A stretch of DNA of 34,893 bases, from NCBI GenBank assembly GCA_964496755.1, contig CAZCBD010000002.1, forward strand, positions 1 to 34,893. The letters are read 5' to 3'. Numbering within the stretch: the stretch's first letter is position 1; every line of letters begins with the position of its first letter. A program made the translations under genes and the position numbers. This DNA is from an uncultured Melioribacteraceae bacterium (GTDB lineage: Bacteria; Bacteroidota; Ignavibacteria; Ignavibacteriales; Melioribacteraceae). Shown one piece after another: positions 16,880 through 25,893 of this stretch. Under the pieces are notes generated by a model, which made no database searches, was not told the origin of the DNA, and was given only the letters and a program-made list of their open reading frames with translations.

Positions 16880-18316
16880 ATGAAAAAGGAAATATTATTT
16901 TTATTATGTGTACTATTTACAAGTAGCATATTTGGGCAAAGAATTCTTACTTTGGATGAATCAATTGCAATTGCAATGAAAGAAAGTTACAATATTAAAT
17001 CAGCAAAATATTCACTGGAAAGTTCACAAAAATCACTCGAGGCAATTAAACGAGGTTTGCTTTCATCAATTGACTTGGAATTTGATTTGCCAAGTTATGA
17101 TAGCAGACTTTTCAGTCAATTTAATTCAAGCACTGAACAGGATGAATTTTTTAAACGTACAACTACAAATATTGAAGGAAGAATATACGTTCGTCAACCA
17201 ATATTATTTTCAAACGGAATGATATCTTTGATAGGATTAATCAAAGGTCGTGAACAAGTAACATCTACAAATCTGAGAAGCAGGGATTATTTTTCAAATT
17301 TTATTGTCAGTTTAAATCAGCCGTTATTTGATTTCAATAATCAAAAAGCAAGTTTGGAACGTGCCGAAATTAACAAAGAAAAATCGAAAAGAAATTATAC
17401 AAAAGCCGAGTATGATATTGTTTACAATGTAACTGCAGCATTTTATCAGCTTTATAGTTCAAAGAAAAATGTGGAAATAACTAAAGATCGTGTTAAGCAA
17501 AATGAATTATCTTATAATACTGCTTTGAATAAGTTTCGCGCCGGTTTAATTGCAGAAGATGAAGCTTTAAAACTGGAAGTAGATTTAGCCACAAGTAAAA
17601 ATGAATTATTAGATGCTGAAAGAACTTTTGAAAACTCAAAAAATAATTTTAAATTTTTGATTGGGTTAGACCTTGATGAGGATATTGATATTGTTGCCAA
17701 ATTAGATTATAAGCCAATAAATATTGATGCTCAAACAGCTATTTCAAACGCTCTTGAAAAAAGAACCGATTTATTAAATTACGCAGACGATAAAAGATTA
17801 CGTGAACTAACAATTGATGAAACTGATGCAAAACACAGAATTAAAGCAAATATTACAGCAAAATACGGGATAAATAAAAACGCTCAGTTGTTTGAAAATA
17901 TTTTTAGAAACTATGAAGATAACCGAAGTGTTAAAATGACGATTTCGGTTCCAATATTAGATTGGGGTAAAAACAGAAGAGAGGTAGAAGCTGCAAAAGC
18001 AAATTTGAAACTTGCAGAAGAAAGATTTATAAATTCAAAAAAATCAATTAGAAATGAAATTGTTTCGGCAATAAATAAATTGAATTCGGCAAAATCCAGA
18101 GTCGAGGTTCTGAGTAAATCAGTCAAAGTTGCAGAAAAAGGTTATCAAATAAGTATCGAAAGATTTAAAGCCGGAAAAATTACAAGCTTTGAATTATCAC
18201 AAGTTCAGTTGAGCTTAACAAATGCAAAACTCAGTAGTTTAAATGCTTTAATAGATTATAAACTGGCTATTGCCGATTTAGAGAAAAAAACTCTAACTAA
18301 ATATGATTACAATTAA
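16880..18316 (+). CDS. TolC-family outer-membrane efflux protein
   Basis: 478 aa. It has the signal peptide ...FTSSIFG|Q and starts LTLDESIAIAMKESYNIK, typical of TolC/OEP proteins. It has two internally repeated coiled-coil/beta halves. Confidence 0.85.
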   Translation: MKKEILFLLCVLFTSSIFGQRILTLDESIAIAMKESYNIKSAKYSLESSQKSLEAIKRGLLSSIDLEFDLPSYDSRLFSQFNSSTEQDEFFKRTTTNIEGRIYVRQPILFSNGMISLIGLIKGREQVTSTNLRSRDYFSNFIVSLNQPLFDFNNQKASLERAEINKEKSKRNYTKAEYDIVYNVTAAFYQLYSSKKNVEITKDRVKQNELSYNTALNKFRAGLIAEDEALKLEVDLATSKNELLDAERTFENSKNNFKFLIGLDLDEDIDIVAKLDYKPINIDAQTAISNALEKRTDLLNYADDKRLRELTIDETDAKHRIKANITAKYGINKNAQLFENIFRNYEDNRSVKMTISVPILDWGKNRREVEAAKANLKLAEERFINSKKSIRNEIVSAINKLNSAKSRVEVLSKSVKVAEKGYQISIERFKAGKITSFELSQVQLSLTNAKLSSLNALIDYKLAIADLEKKTLTKYDYN

Positions 18317-19597
18317 TTAAATTAAATCAGCCAAGGAGCTATAGTCGGGGTCGAACAATCTTTTATAAATTCTTAATGCGTACGAATCGGTCATGCCTGA
18401 AATATAATCGCATATCATTCGTGCGCGTTTGTTTTTATCTTTACAATTCATCAACAAATTATGGGTAAATTCAGGTAAGATTTTTTCTCCGCTCAATTCT
18501 TCAATATAATTTTCACGAAATATTTTATAAATTTTAGCAATTATAGTTTTACCCTTAAACTCAATCTGATGTAATTGCGAAGAATTAAAAACCAAATCCA
18601 AAGCTATTCTTTTGTAAAGTTCTGAGGTTACTTTTATTGGTTCTTCTACTTTTAAAACATACTTATATCGATTGGTTAAATCATCCATAAATGTTTGTCG
18701 GTGTTCAATAGAACAAGCGGAAATAAATTCACCAATCCGTGTAGAAAATTTTCTTTTGAAATTCTGTTCTTTAATCCATGTTATTATTTGCTTAACAACT
18801 TCAATTTCAAAATCAGTTAAATTGTTTTTGTTAGATTCAATCCAACGTTCCAATTTATCGGTAGTTATAAAACCACCCGAAATACCATCAACAATATCAT
18901 TTATTGAATAGGCTGTATCATCCGACCAATCCATAATCTGACATTCAATACTTTTGAAATTATTCAAGCTTAACGGATCATCTATTTCGTTGGGAATTTC
19001 TCTATTTGCAAAAATAAAATCGATAAATTCTTTTTGACTATCGTAAATGAAATGATTTTTCGGTATTGTTTCGAACGAAGAAAAAGTAGCTTTATATTTT
19101 AACACACTATCTATCGTGGCACGGCAAGGATTCATTCCTCGTTTATTTGATTCGGTTTTGTAAAAAATTTCCGTGAGCAAGCGTAATGTTTGAGCATTAC
19201 CTTCATAGCCACCGTAACCATGTTTTGCCATCAATCTGTTTATTTCAAATTCGCACGGATGCCCGAAAGGAGGATTTCCCAAATCATGAGCCAAACAAGC
19301 TGTTTCAACCAAATCGGAATCAATATAATATTCAAGATTAAATATTTTAAACTCTTTTATTTTAAGATAGTTACAAATTGAACGTCCGATTTGAGAAACC
19401 TCAATAGAATGGGTTAAACGAGTACGATAATAATCATATTCACCCGGTAAAAAGACTTGCGTTTTGCCTTGCAGCCTTCGGAATTCAGATGAATGAATAA
19501 TTCTGTCCCTATCAACTTGAAAATATGTTCTGTATTGATCGGTAGAACTTAGTTTTAATCTCTCCAAGTCAAATTCTGTATAAAATTTATTTTTCAT
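18317..19597 (-). CDS. dgt: dGTPase-like deoxynucleoside triphosphate triphosphohydrolase (HD domain)
   Basis: 426 aa. Motifs: FQVDRDRIIHSSEFRRLQGKTQVF, RTRLTHSIEVSQIGR, HDLGNPPFGH, and C-terminal DYISGMTDSYA. Confidence 0.9.
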   Translation of the reverse strand: MKNKFYTEFDLERLKLSSTDQYRTYFQVDRDRIIHSSEFRRLQGKTQVFLPGEYDYYRTRLTHSIEVSQIGRSICNYLKIKEFKIFNLEYYIDSDLVETACLAHDLGNPPFGHPCEFEINRLMAKHGYGGYEGNAQTLRLLTEIFYKTESNKRGMNPCRATIDSVLKYKATFSSFETIPKNHFIYDSQKEFIDFIFANREIPNEIDDPLSLNNFKSIECQIMDWSDDTAYSINDIVDGISGGFITTDKLERWIESNKNNLTDFEIEVVKQIITWIKEQNFKRKFSTRIGEFISACSIEHRQTFMDDLTNRYKYVLKVEEPIKVTSELYKRIALDLVFNSSQLHQIEFKGKTIIAKIYKIFRENYIEELSGEKILPEFTHNLLMNCKDKNKRARMICDYISGMTDSYALRIYKRLFDPDYSSLADLI

Positions 19598-19599
19598 AA

Positions 19600-20445
19600 T
19601 TACTTTTTAAAAACTAAGGCAATCCATTCATTCATTTGAAGTTTCTCAATTAATTTAAATCCGGCATTAGAGTATATTTCTAAAATATCATTTTCATCTT
19701 TATTTAATAACCCCGATAAAATTAATTTGCCTGTTTCGGAAATTTTTAATGATATATCTTTATCCAAACCCATCAAAATATGTTTATTAATATTAGCAAT
19801 TACCAGATCGAAATTATTTTCTTCAATGTCGGAAATTGTGCCTAAAATAATTTTAACTTTATCTTCAACTTTATTAAGCTGAACATTTTCGTTTCCATTA
19901 AGCAAGCACCATTCATCATTGTCAACACCAAAAGCAAAATCGGCTCCCAACAAAACCGAAGCAATTGCAAGCACTCCGGTTCCACTTCCCACATCTAAAA
20001 CTTTTCCGTTTTTAGGTACATATTTTTCAAGTAGTGTTAAAACCAATTTTGTTGTTTCATGTTCTCCTGTACCAAAAGACATTTTGGGATCGATTTGAAT
20101 TACTAATTGCCCTTGTTTCGGGTTAAATTTTTTAAATGTAGGTTTAATAGCAATTCTTTCATTTATCTCAACCACATTTGTATTGCGTTCAAATTCTTCA
20201 TTCCAATTTTTATCTTCAATTAAATCTTCGCTCATAAAAAAGGAATTTATTTGATTATTTTCTTTCATGCTATTTAGCAAATCGGTTATTGTTTTACTGT
20301 TTTCCGGACTATTTTCATCAAGATAAACAATAATGGAGTTTTCCTCTTCCGTAATACCGTTTATTTCCAATGTCCAAAGTAAATTTGTTAATACATCCGG
20401 ATCGAAAGGATCGGTTTTAATTAAATATTTTCTAAATTTTTTCAT
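19600..20445 (-). CDS. prmA: Ribosomal protein L11 methyltransferase
   Basis: 281 aa. Motifs: IDPKMSFGTGEHETTKL, VLDVGSGTGVLAIA, ANI. The spacer to dgt is 2 nt. Confidence 0.9.
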   Translation of the reverse strand: MKKFRKYLIKTDPFDPDVLTNLLWTLEINGITEEENSIIVYLDENSPENSKTITDLLNSMKENNQINSFFMSEDLIEDKNWNEEFERNTNVVEINERIAIKPTFKKFNPKQGQLVIQIDPKMSFGTGEHETTKLVLTLLEKYVPKNGKVLDVGSGTGVLAIASVLLGADFAFGVDNDEWCLLNGNENVQLNKVEDKVKIILGTISDIEENNFDLVIANINKHILMGLDKDISLKISETGKLILSGLLNKDENDILEIYSNAGFKLIEKLQMNEWIALVFKK

Positions 20446-20448
20446 TTT

Positions 20449-21438
20449 TCACCTCTGAAATTTTAGAGAATATATTAAATTTACAAGAACATCACCAACT
20501 TGTTTCAGAGTTTTTTTTGAAATATTTGACATATCATCTTTTAATGTATGCCAATAATTTCTTCTTTCAACATTTGTTTCAGCACCAACCAAATCGGCAT
20601 CAATAATATTAACGGTTTTAATTCCCGAATTATTTAAAGGAATATGGTCGTCGTAAATTGATGCACTGTGGCTTGTAATAAATTTATCGGCATTAATTTT
20701 TTTTGCAATACCCCAAACAAGACTTACAATTTCATTAGCATAAACATTCGATGATTCTTCAATTTTGAATTTTGCATCAATATCACCAACTAAATCAAGA
20801 AGTATTCCGAATTTGGGTTTATTCTTTTTTATAGTTGCGGAATAAAATTTTGAACCCAAACAATATAAATCCAAATCGTGTTCTTTACCGTAATCTTCGC
20901 CATCAAATAAAATTATATCAACACCATACTCAACGGGATTTTGTTTTAGCACACGTGCTAATTCCAATAAAATTCCAACTCCGCTTGCACCATCATTTGC
21001 ACCAAGTATCGGTTTGTTTTTATATTTTTTGTCCTTTTCCGCTCTGGGTCTTGTATCCCAATGCGCCGAAAGAATAATTCTATTTTGGGCAGAGGGGTTA
21101 TAACGGGCAATAAAATTCGTTAACTCAAGTTTTTCACCATTATATCCGGGATAAATAAAATGTTGTTGGATTAATGTATCGGAATTTATGGAAAAATAAT
21201 TTTTAAAAAATTCTTTAGCAGCCTTATGCCCTTTGGAATTAGGATTTCGAGGTCCCAAAGAAACTTGTTTGTAAACTAAATCGTATGCATTCGATTCATC
21301 AAACTGCGGAATTTTATTTGATGTGATAAGCGTAAATAATTTTTTTGTTTTTTTATCACTTTCCTTTTTTTTGGATGAACAACTAATAAATAAAAGTAAC
21401 ATAACAACAAAAAATGAAATCTTTTTCAAAACAGCCAT
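20449..21438 (-). CDS. M28-family metalloenzyme lipoprotein, glutaminyl-cyclase-like
   Basis: 329 aa. The lipoprotein signal is ...LLLFIS|CSSKK. M28/QC metal-site motifs are SAHWDTRP, GANDGASGVG, LFDGEDYG and YDDHIPL. Size and lipoprotein nature resemble the animal-type glutaminyl cyclases described in Bacteroidota. Confidence 0.75.
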   Translation of the reverse strand: MAVLKKISFFVVMLLLFISCSSKKKESDKKTKKLFTLITSNKIPQFDESNAYDLVYKQVSLGPRNPNSKGHKAAKEFFKNYFSINSDTLIQQHFIYPGYNGEKLELTNFIARYNPSAQNRIILSAHWDTRPRAEKDKKYKNKPILGANDGASGVGILLELARVLKQNPVEYGVDIILFDGEDYGKEHDLDLYCLGSKFYSATIKKNKPKFGILLDLVGDIDAKFKIEESSNVYANEIVSLVWGIAKKINADKFITSHSASIYDDHIPLNNSGIKTVNIIDADLVGAETNVERRNYWHTLKDDMSNISKKTLKQVGDVLVNLIYSLKFQR

Positions 21439-21447
21439 CCTAAAAAT

Positions 21448-22803
21448 TTATTTGTAATTTCTTTTTCTAAATTCCACATTTAAATTCGATGCAAATTTTT
21501 CAGTTTCGTTTATATTAATTTCATCAATATCAACAGCGGTAAAAATAACTTTTGAGTGTTTTTTTGCTTCGATTGTAAAACTAATCATTTCATCAAATAA
21601 ATGTTCATCTATGTTCATTATCTGCGAATATTTTTTTCTGTCCGAAGAATTTAAACTAATTGAAACAGTGTCGATCAAGTTTTCAAATTCGCAGGCTATA
21701 TTTTTATTATTGATATAATTCCCATGGCCGTTTGTATTTAATCTGGTTTTACCGCCGTTGCTTTTAACATAATTTGCAATTTGTTTTATTACCTCCCAAC
21801 GAATTGTTGGTTCACCAAATCCGCAAAACACAATTTCATCATATAATTTCGGATTGTCAATTTTAGAAATATATTCTTCGGCGGTAGGTTCATTCGGTTT
21901 AATTAATTTTAAATTGAAATTATTTAAGGTTAAATTATTTAATCTCTTACAAAATATACATTTGGCATTACATCTATTTGTAATATTGATATAAAGAGAA
22001 TTGCCCAATTGATAAATTAAAACGGATTTATGATCTTGTTTTAAATTAAAAAACCGTTCTGCGTTTTGAGTAGTAATTTCAGCTACTTTATCAACAGTTA
22101 CATTTTTAAGTTCGGCCAATTTTTCAGCGATGAACGGTATTTTGGAAGGATCATTTCTTTTACCTCGAAAAGGAACCGGACTCATAAACGGCGCATCTGT
22201 TTCAATCATCAGATTTTCAAGTGGTATTTCGCTTACAATTTTGCGAAGAGTGTCTGCTTTTTTAAAAGTTATGTTCCCTGTAAATGAAATTAAATAACCC
22301 AATTCAATTAATTCTGAAGCGTCTTTCAGTGAACCGGCAAAACAGTGTAATTGAGCTTTTAAATTTGTTTTGGAATATTCTCTTAAAATATTCATCGTAT
22401 CTTTATTTGCATCTCTGTTATGAATAATTGCCGGCAACCCCAATTTAACAGCTAAATTTAATTGTTGGCGAAAAGCTTCAATTTGTTTTTCCTTCGGCGA
22501 ATAATCGTAATAATAGTCCAGTCCGATTTCACCAATTGCCACTACTTTGTGATGTTTGGCCAATTCAAAAAAATCTTTCACCATATTCGGGTTCCACCCT
22601 GCCGTGTCATGCGGATGAGTGCCAACCGCTGCAAAAACATTTTCGAATTTTTCTGCCAATTTTATTGCTTGTTTTGAAGTTTTAAAATCCGTACCCGGAA
22701 CAATAATTTTTTTTACACTTGCTTCTTTTGCATTTAAAATTACTTGTTCTATATCGTCATTAAAATCTTCAAAAAATAAATGGGAGTGAGTATCTATAAA
22801 CAT
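21448..22803 (-). CDS. Fusion protein: TatD-family metal-dependent hydrolase (N) + compact radical-SAM domain (C)
   Basis: 451 aa in one frame. The TatD part spans ~aa 1-256 (nt ~22036-22803): MFIDTHSHL, GTHPHD, GEIGLDYYY, IIHNRDA, HCF, ETDAPFM. The radical-SAM part spans ~aa 257-451 (nt 21448-~22035): NITNRCNAKCIFCKR (Cx3Cx2C at ~21949-21975) and FCGFGEP (SAM-binding GGE-like motif). Confidence 0.85.
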   Translation of the reverse strand: MFIDTHSHLFFEDFNDDIEQVILNAKEASVKKIIVPGTDFKTSKQAIKLAEKFENVFAAVGTHPHDTAGWNPNMVKDFFELAKHHKVVAIGEIGLDYYYDYSPKEKQIEAFRQQLNLAVKLGLPAIIHNRDANKDTMNILREYSKTNLKAQLHCFAGSLKDASELIELGYLISFTGNITFKKADTLRKIVSEIPLENLMIETDAPFMSPVPFRGKRNDPSKIPFIAEKLAELKNVTVDKVAEITTQNAERFFNLKQDHKSVLIYQLGNSLYINITNRCNAKCIFCKRLNNLTLNNFNLKLIKPNEPTAEEYISKIDNPKLYDEIVFCGFGEPTIRWEVIKQIANYVKSNGGKTRLNTNGHGNYINNKNIACEFENLIDTVSISLNSSDRKKYSQIMNIDEHLFDEMISFTIEAKKHSKVIFTAVDIDEININETEKFASNLNVEFRKRNYK

Positions 22804-22837
22804 TTTTTTACTTTCAGATTAAATATTTTTTGGAAAG

Positions 22838-22867
22838 CATTAAAAAAGCTCCTAAAAACGGAGCTTT
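22838..22867 (-). terminator. Rho-independent terminator downstream of purM
   Basis: 8-bp stem aaagctcc (22845-22852) / ggagcttt (22860-22867) with a 7-nt loop. On the minus strand the hairpin is followed by a T-run. It begins 5 nt after the purM stop and lies just upstream of the tatD-rSAM start. Confidence 0.65.
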
Positions 22868-22871
22868 AAAT

Positions 22872-23867
22872 TTATTTTATTTTACCAATTACTCTTGCAT
22901 TCTGATTTTGATTTTTTGCAATTTCTAAAACTTTTTCAACATCTTTCGTATTCACAATCGAAATAAGTCCGATACCGGTATTAAATACATCTCTCATTTC
23001 ATCATCGGAAATGTTACCGGTCTCTTGTATTAATCTGAAAATCGGCTGCATTTCCCACGAAGTCCAATCAATATCAATAGATAATTTTTTCGGTACCACT
23101 CTTTTTGTATTTCCAATAATTCCACCGCCGGTTATATGCGAAAAAGCATGAATATCGACATTCTCTTTTAATTCGGTAATTAACGTTAAATAAGATTTGT
23201 GAATTCTGAGTAATTCTTCACCAATTGATAATTGAAGTCCGTCAACCTTATCATTAACATTAAACTTCGGGAATAAAACCTTTCTTGCAAGCGAATAGCC
23301 GTTTGTATGCAAACCGTTTGAATCAAAACCAATCAAAATATCACCGGATTCAACTTTTTTGCCATCAATGGCTTTTTCCTTTTCCACCACGCCAACAATT
23401 GTACCGGATAAATCATAATCATTAACCGAATACATACCGGGCATTTCGGCAGTTTCGCCACCAATTAAAGCCATATTATTTTCTTTACAAGCTTTTGCAA
23501 AACCACTTACAATAGAAGCGGCTTTATTCGGATCTAATTTTCCAAATGCCATATAGTCCATAAAATACAATGGTTTTGCTCCGCCAACGGCAATGTCATC
23601 AATACAATGATTAACTAAATCTTGCCCAACCGTATCATGCTTATCCATCATGATAGCAACCATTAACTTAGTTCCAACACCATCAACGCTGGATACTAAA
23701 ACCGGCGATTTGTATTCAGAAAAATCCAATTCGTAAAAAGCACCAAAATGTCCTATCCCCGTAATACAATTTTCATTAAATGTAGATTTTGCCAAATCCT
23801 TTATTAAATCCACTGTGTTTTCACCGGCTTTTAAATTTACGCCTGCAGATTTATAATCTATAGTCAA
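22872..23867 (-). CDS. purM: Phosphoribosylformylglycinamidine cyclo-ligase (AIR synthetase)
   Basis: 331 aa. Motifs: YKSAGVNLKAGE, GHFGAFYEL, SVDGVGTKL, DDIAVGGAKPLYFMDY, GGETAEMPG, HITGGG. The apparent start codon is TTG. Confidence 0.95.
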   Translation of the reverse strand: MTIDYKSAGVNLKAGENTVDLIKDLAKSTFNENCITGIGHFGAFYELDFSEYKSPVLVSSVDGVGTKLMVAIMMDKHDTVGQDLVNHCIDDIAVGGAKPLYFMDYMAFGKLDPNKAASIVSGFAKACKENNMALIGGETAEMPGMYSVNDYDLSGTIVGVVEKEKAIDGKKVESGDILIGFDSNGLHTNGYSLARKVLFPKFNVNDKVDGLQLSIGEELLRIHKSYLTLITELKENVDIHAFSHITGGGIIGNTKRVVPKKLSIDIDWTSWEMQPIFRLIQETGNISDDEMRDVFNTGIGLISIVNTKDVEKVLEIAKNQNQNARVIGKIK

Positions 23868-24065
23868 CTTTACTCCAAAAATTAAATTATTTAATTTTCA
23901 AAAATACGACCAAAAAAAGAGAAAAGGAAACTTTGGGCAATTTTTTTTGTAGAAACCAATTAAAATTATTTTAATCAAATAGTATTCAAAAAAGGAAAAA
24001 AAACAATAAAATAACTATCTTATTAGTTCGGAAAATTTGAATTAAAGTAAAACTATTTCAATAAA

Positions 24066-25097
24066 ATGTTTCAATTAAGCGAACGCGAAAAAATAATATT
24101 GCGAGATGTTATACATCAATTTATAATCACTGCTTCTCCGGTAGGTTCACGCAATCTATCGAAGAAAAGCAATTTGAATTTATCTGCCGCAACAATTAGA
24201 AATATAATGTCCGATTTGGAGGAAAACGGCTTATTGAAGCATCCGCACACTTCCGCCGGTAGGGTGCCCACTGATAATGGATATAGGTTTTATGTTGATT
24301 CTTTAATGGTTCCCGTCAATTTAGATGATGTTCAAAAGAATTTAATTGCAAATGTATTAGTAAATAATTCTGAAGAAACTAATGATATTTTGAAATTAAC
24401 AGCTTCTGTTTTAAGCAAAATCACAAATCAATTGGCTTGTGTTACATATCCGAATCTTAGACAGGCAAAATTGGAGAAAATCCGAATTTTAAGTCTTTCT
24501 ACTAACCGTATTTTGGTTGTTGTTGCAGTACAATCGGGTTTGGTAAAAACAATTACCTTGGAACTGAATGCCGAAATAAATGAAAAAAAATTAAGTTCCG
24601 TTGAACAGATTTTAAATGAAAAATTATCCGGATTAGACTTTTCTGAAATCAGAAAAACTTTTGCCGAAAGATTAAAAAATTATGAACCTGAATATACACC
24701 TGTAATCAGAGTATTTTTGGATTCAATTGATAAGGTATTTACCGACGAAAAGGGAATAGAAAAAATTTATGTTGCCGGAATTAAAAATATAGTTAAACAA
24801 CCTGAATTTGAAGATCACACTCAATTTCAAAGTGTAATTGAATTAATTGAAGACGAAGATGTAATAATTCATTTTTTGGAAACTAAAAATTTTGAAGATA
24901 AAGATGTTTATATAAGCATTGGAAAAGAAAATCAAAATAAATTGTTTACCAAATACAGTTTAATTGCAAAAAAATATAATATTTCAAATATAAACGGAAC
25001 AATTGGTATAATTGGCCCAAAGCGAATGCAATATAATAAATCTATTGCGGCAATAATTTACATTGCCGATTTATTGAGCAAAGAATTAAAAAAATAA
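24066..25097 (+). CDS. hrcA: Heat-inducible transcription repressor HrcA
   Basis: 343 aa. Evidence: LSEREKIILRDVIHQFIITASPVGSRNLSKK...SAATIRNIMSDLEENGLLKHPHTSAGRVPTDNGYRFYVD, and C-terminal GTIGIIGPKRMQYNKSIA. Confidence 0.92.
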   Translation: MFQLSEREKIILRDVIHQFIITASPVGSRNLSKKSNLNLSAATIRNIMSDLEENGLLKHPHTSAGRVPTDNGYRFYVDSLMVPVNLDDVQKNLIANVLVNNSEETNDILKLTASVLSKITNQLACVTYPNLRQAKLEKIRILSLSTNRILVVVAVQSGLVKTITLELNAEINEKKLSSVEQILNEKLSGLDFSEIRKTFAERLKNYEPEYTPVIRVFLDSIDKVFTDEKGIEKIYVAGIKNIVKQPEFEDHTQFQSVIELIEDEDVIIHFLETKNFEDKDVYISIGKENQNKLFTKYSLIAKKYNISNINGTIGIIGPKRMQYNKSIAAIIYIADLLSKELKK

Positions 25098-25145
25098 AAA
25101 GAGTTAAAAAAATAATTTTCATAATCATTTTAGGAAGTTGAAGGA

Positions 25146-25853
25146 ATGACAAAAAAAGAAAAGGTAAAAATGAAGGAAAAATTAAGTAACGAAAATAATG
25201 AAACCATTGACAAACAAACTTTTGTTGAAAAAAATGATAATGAAAAATCAAATGGCAATGAAGTAAAATCGGATTCTAAAGAATCTAAAAAATCGACTAA
25301 AAAGAAAAGTAGTTCGAAAAAAGATTCTCATTCAAAAAAAGATTCCTATTCAAAAAAAACTCCGAAAGAAATTGCAAAGGAGCTGGAAATATTAAATAGT
25401 AAAATCGAAGAGTTGGAAAAAGAAAAAAACGAATTAAAAGAAATGCTCCAAAGAAAAGCTGCCGAATTTGAAAATTACAAACGCAGAACGGAAAAAGAAC
25501 AAGAAGTACTTTTGAAATATGCCAGTGAACCCTTTATTTTGAAGATGCTAAAAATATACACGGATTTGGAAAAAACCGTTAGTCATTTCGGAGAGAATGA
25601 AAATATTGAAAACATTAAACAGGGTGTTATTTTAATCTTCAATAATTTTAAAAAAGCATTTGAAGAAATGGATGTAAAAAAAATTGAAGCCGAAGGAAAA
25701 GAATTTGATTTCAATTTACACGATGCTTTGATGCAACAACCTTCAACTAACGTACCCGAAAACACCATACTCCAAGTTGTTGAACAGGGTTACACATTTA
25801 AAGATAAAGTGATTAAACATGCTAAAGTAATTGTAAGTAAAGCTGTCGAGTAA
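25146..25853 (+). CDS. grpE: Nucleotide exchange factor GrpE (with ~75-aa Lys/Ser/Glu-rich N-terminal extension)
   Basis: 235 aa. The core reads LQRKAAEFENYKRRTEKE...FDFNLHDALMQQPS...VVEQGYTFKDKVIKHAKVIVSK. The N-terminus is low-complexity (..SKKSTKKKSSSKKDSHSKKDSYSKK..). Confidence 0.92.
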   Translation: MTKKEKVKMKEKLSNENNETIDKQTFVEKNDNEKSNGNEVKSDSKESKKSTKKKSSSKKDSHSKKDSYSKKTPKEIAKELEILNSKIEELEKEKNELKEMLQRKAAEFENYKRRTEKEQEVLLKYASEPFILKMLKIYTDLEKTVSHFGENENIENIKQGVILIFNNFKKAFEEMDVKKIEAEGKEFDFNLHDALMQQPSTNVPENTILQVVEQGYTFKDKVIKHAKVIVSKAVE

Positions 25854-25893
25854 ATTCAATTATTAAATTAGGTTTAGCAAAAGGAAAAAATAA

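Noticed and set aside
18317-19597. dGTPase-like gene as an anti-phage dNTP-depletion defence system
   Set aside because: It is embedded with 2-3 nt spacers in an operon with prmA and other conserved genes. There are no mobile-element or defence-island neighbours and no compositional break. A housekeeping Dgt-type enzyme is the simpler reading.
20835-21077. 80-aa plus-strand ORF (and similar ones at 22066..22287, 22462..22677, 19190..19381, 18672..18911) inside the minus-strand operon
   Set aside because: All are antisense to genes with strong family motifs. They are short and lack start-site support.
23868-24065. CIRCE operator, purine riboswitch or other structured leader in the purM/hrcA divergent region
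   Set aside because: Reading both strands shows only A/T-rich sequence with homopolymer runs. There is no TTAGCACTC/GAGTGCTAA half-site and no GC-rich helices.
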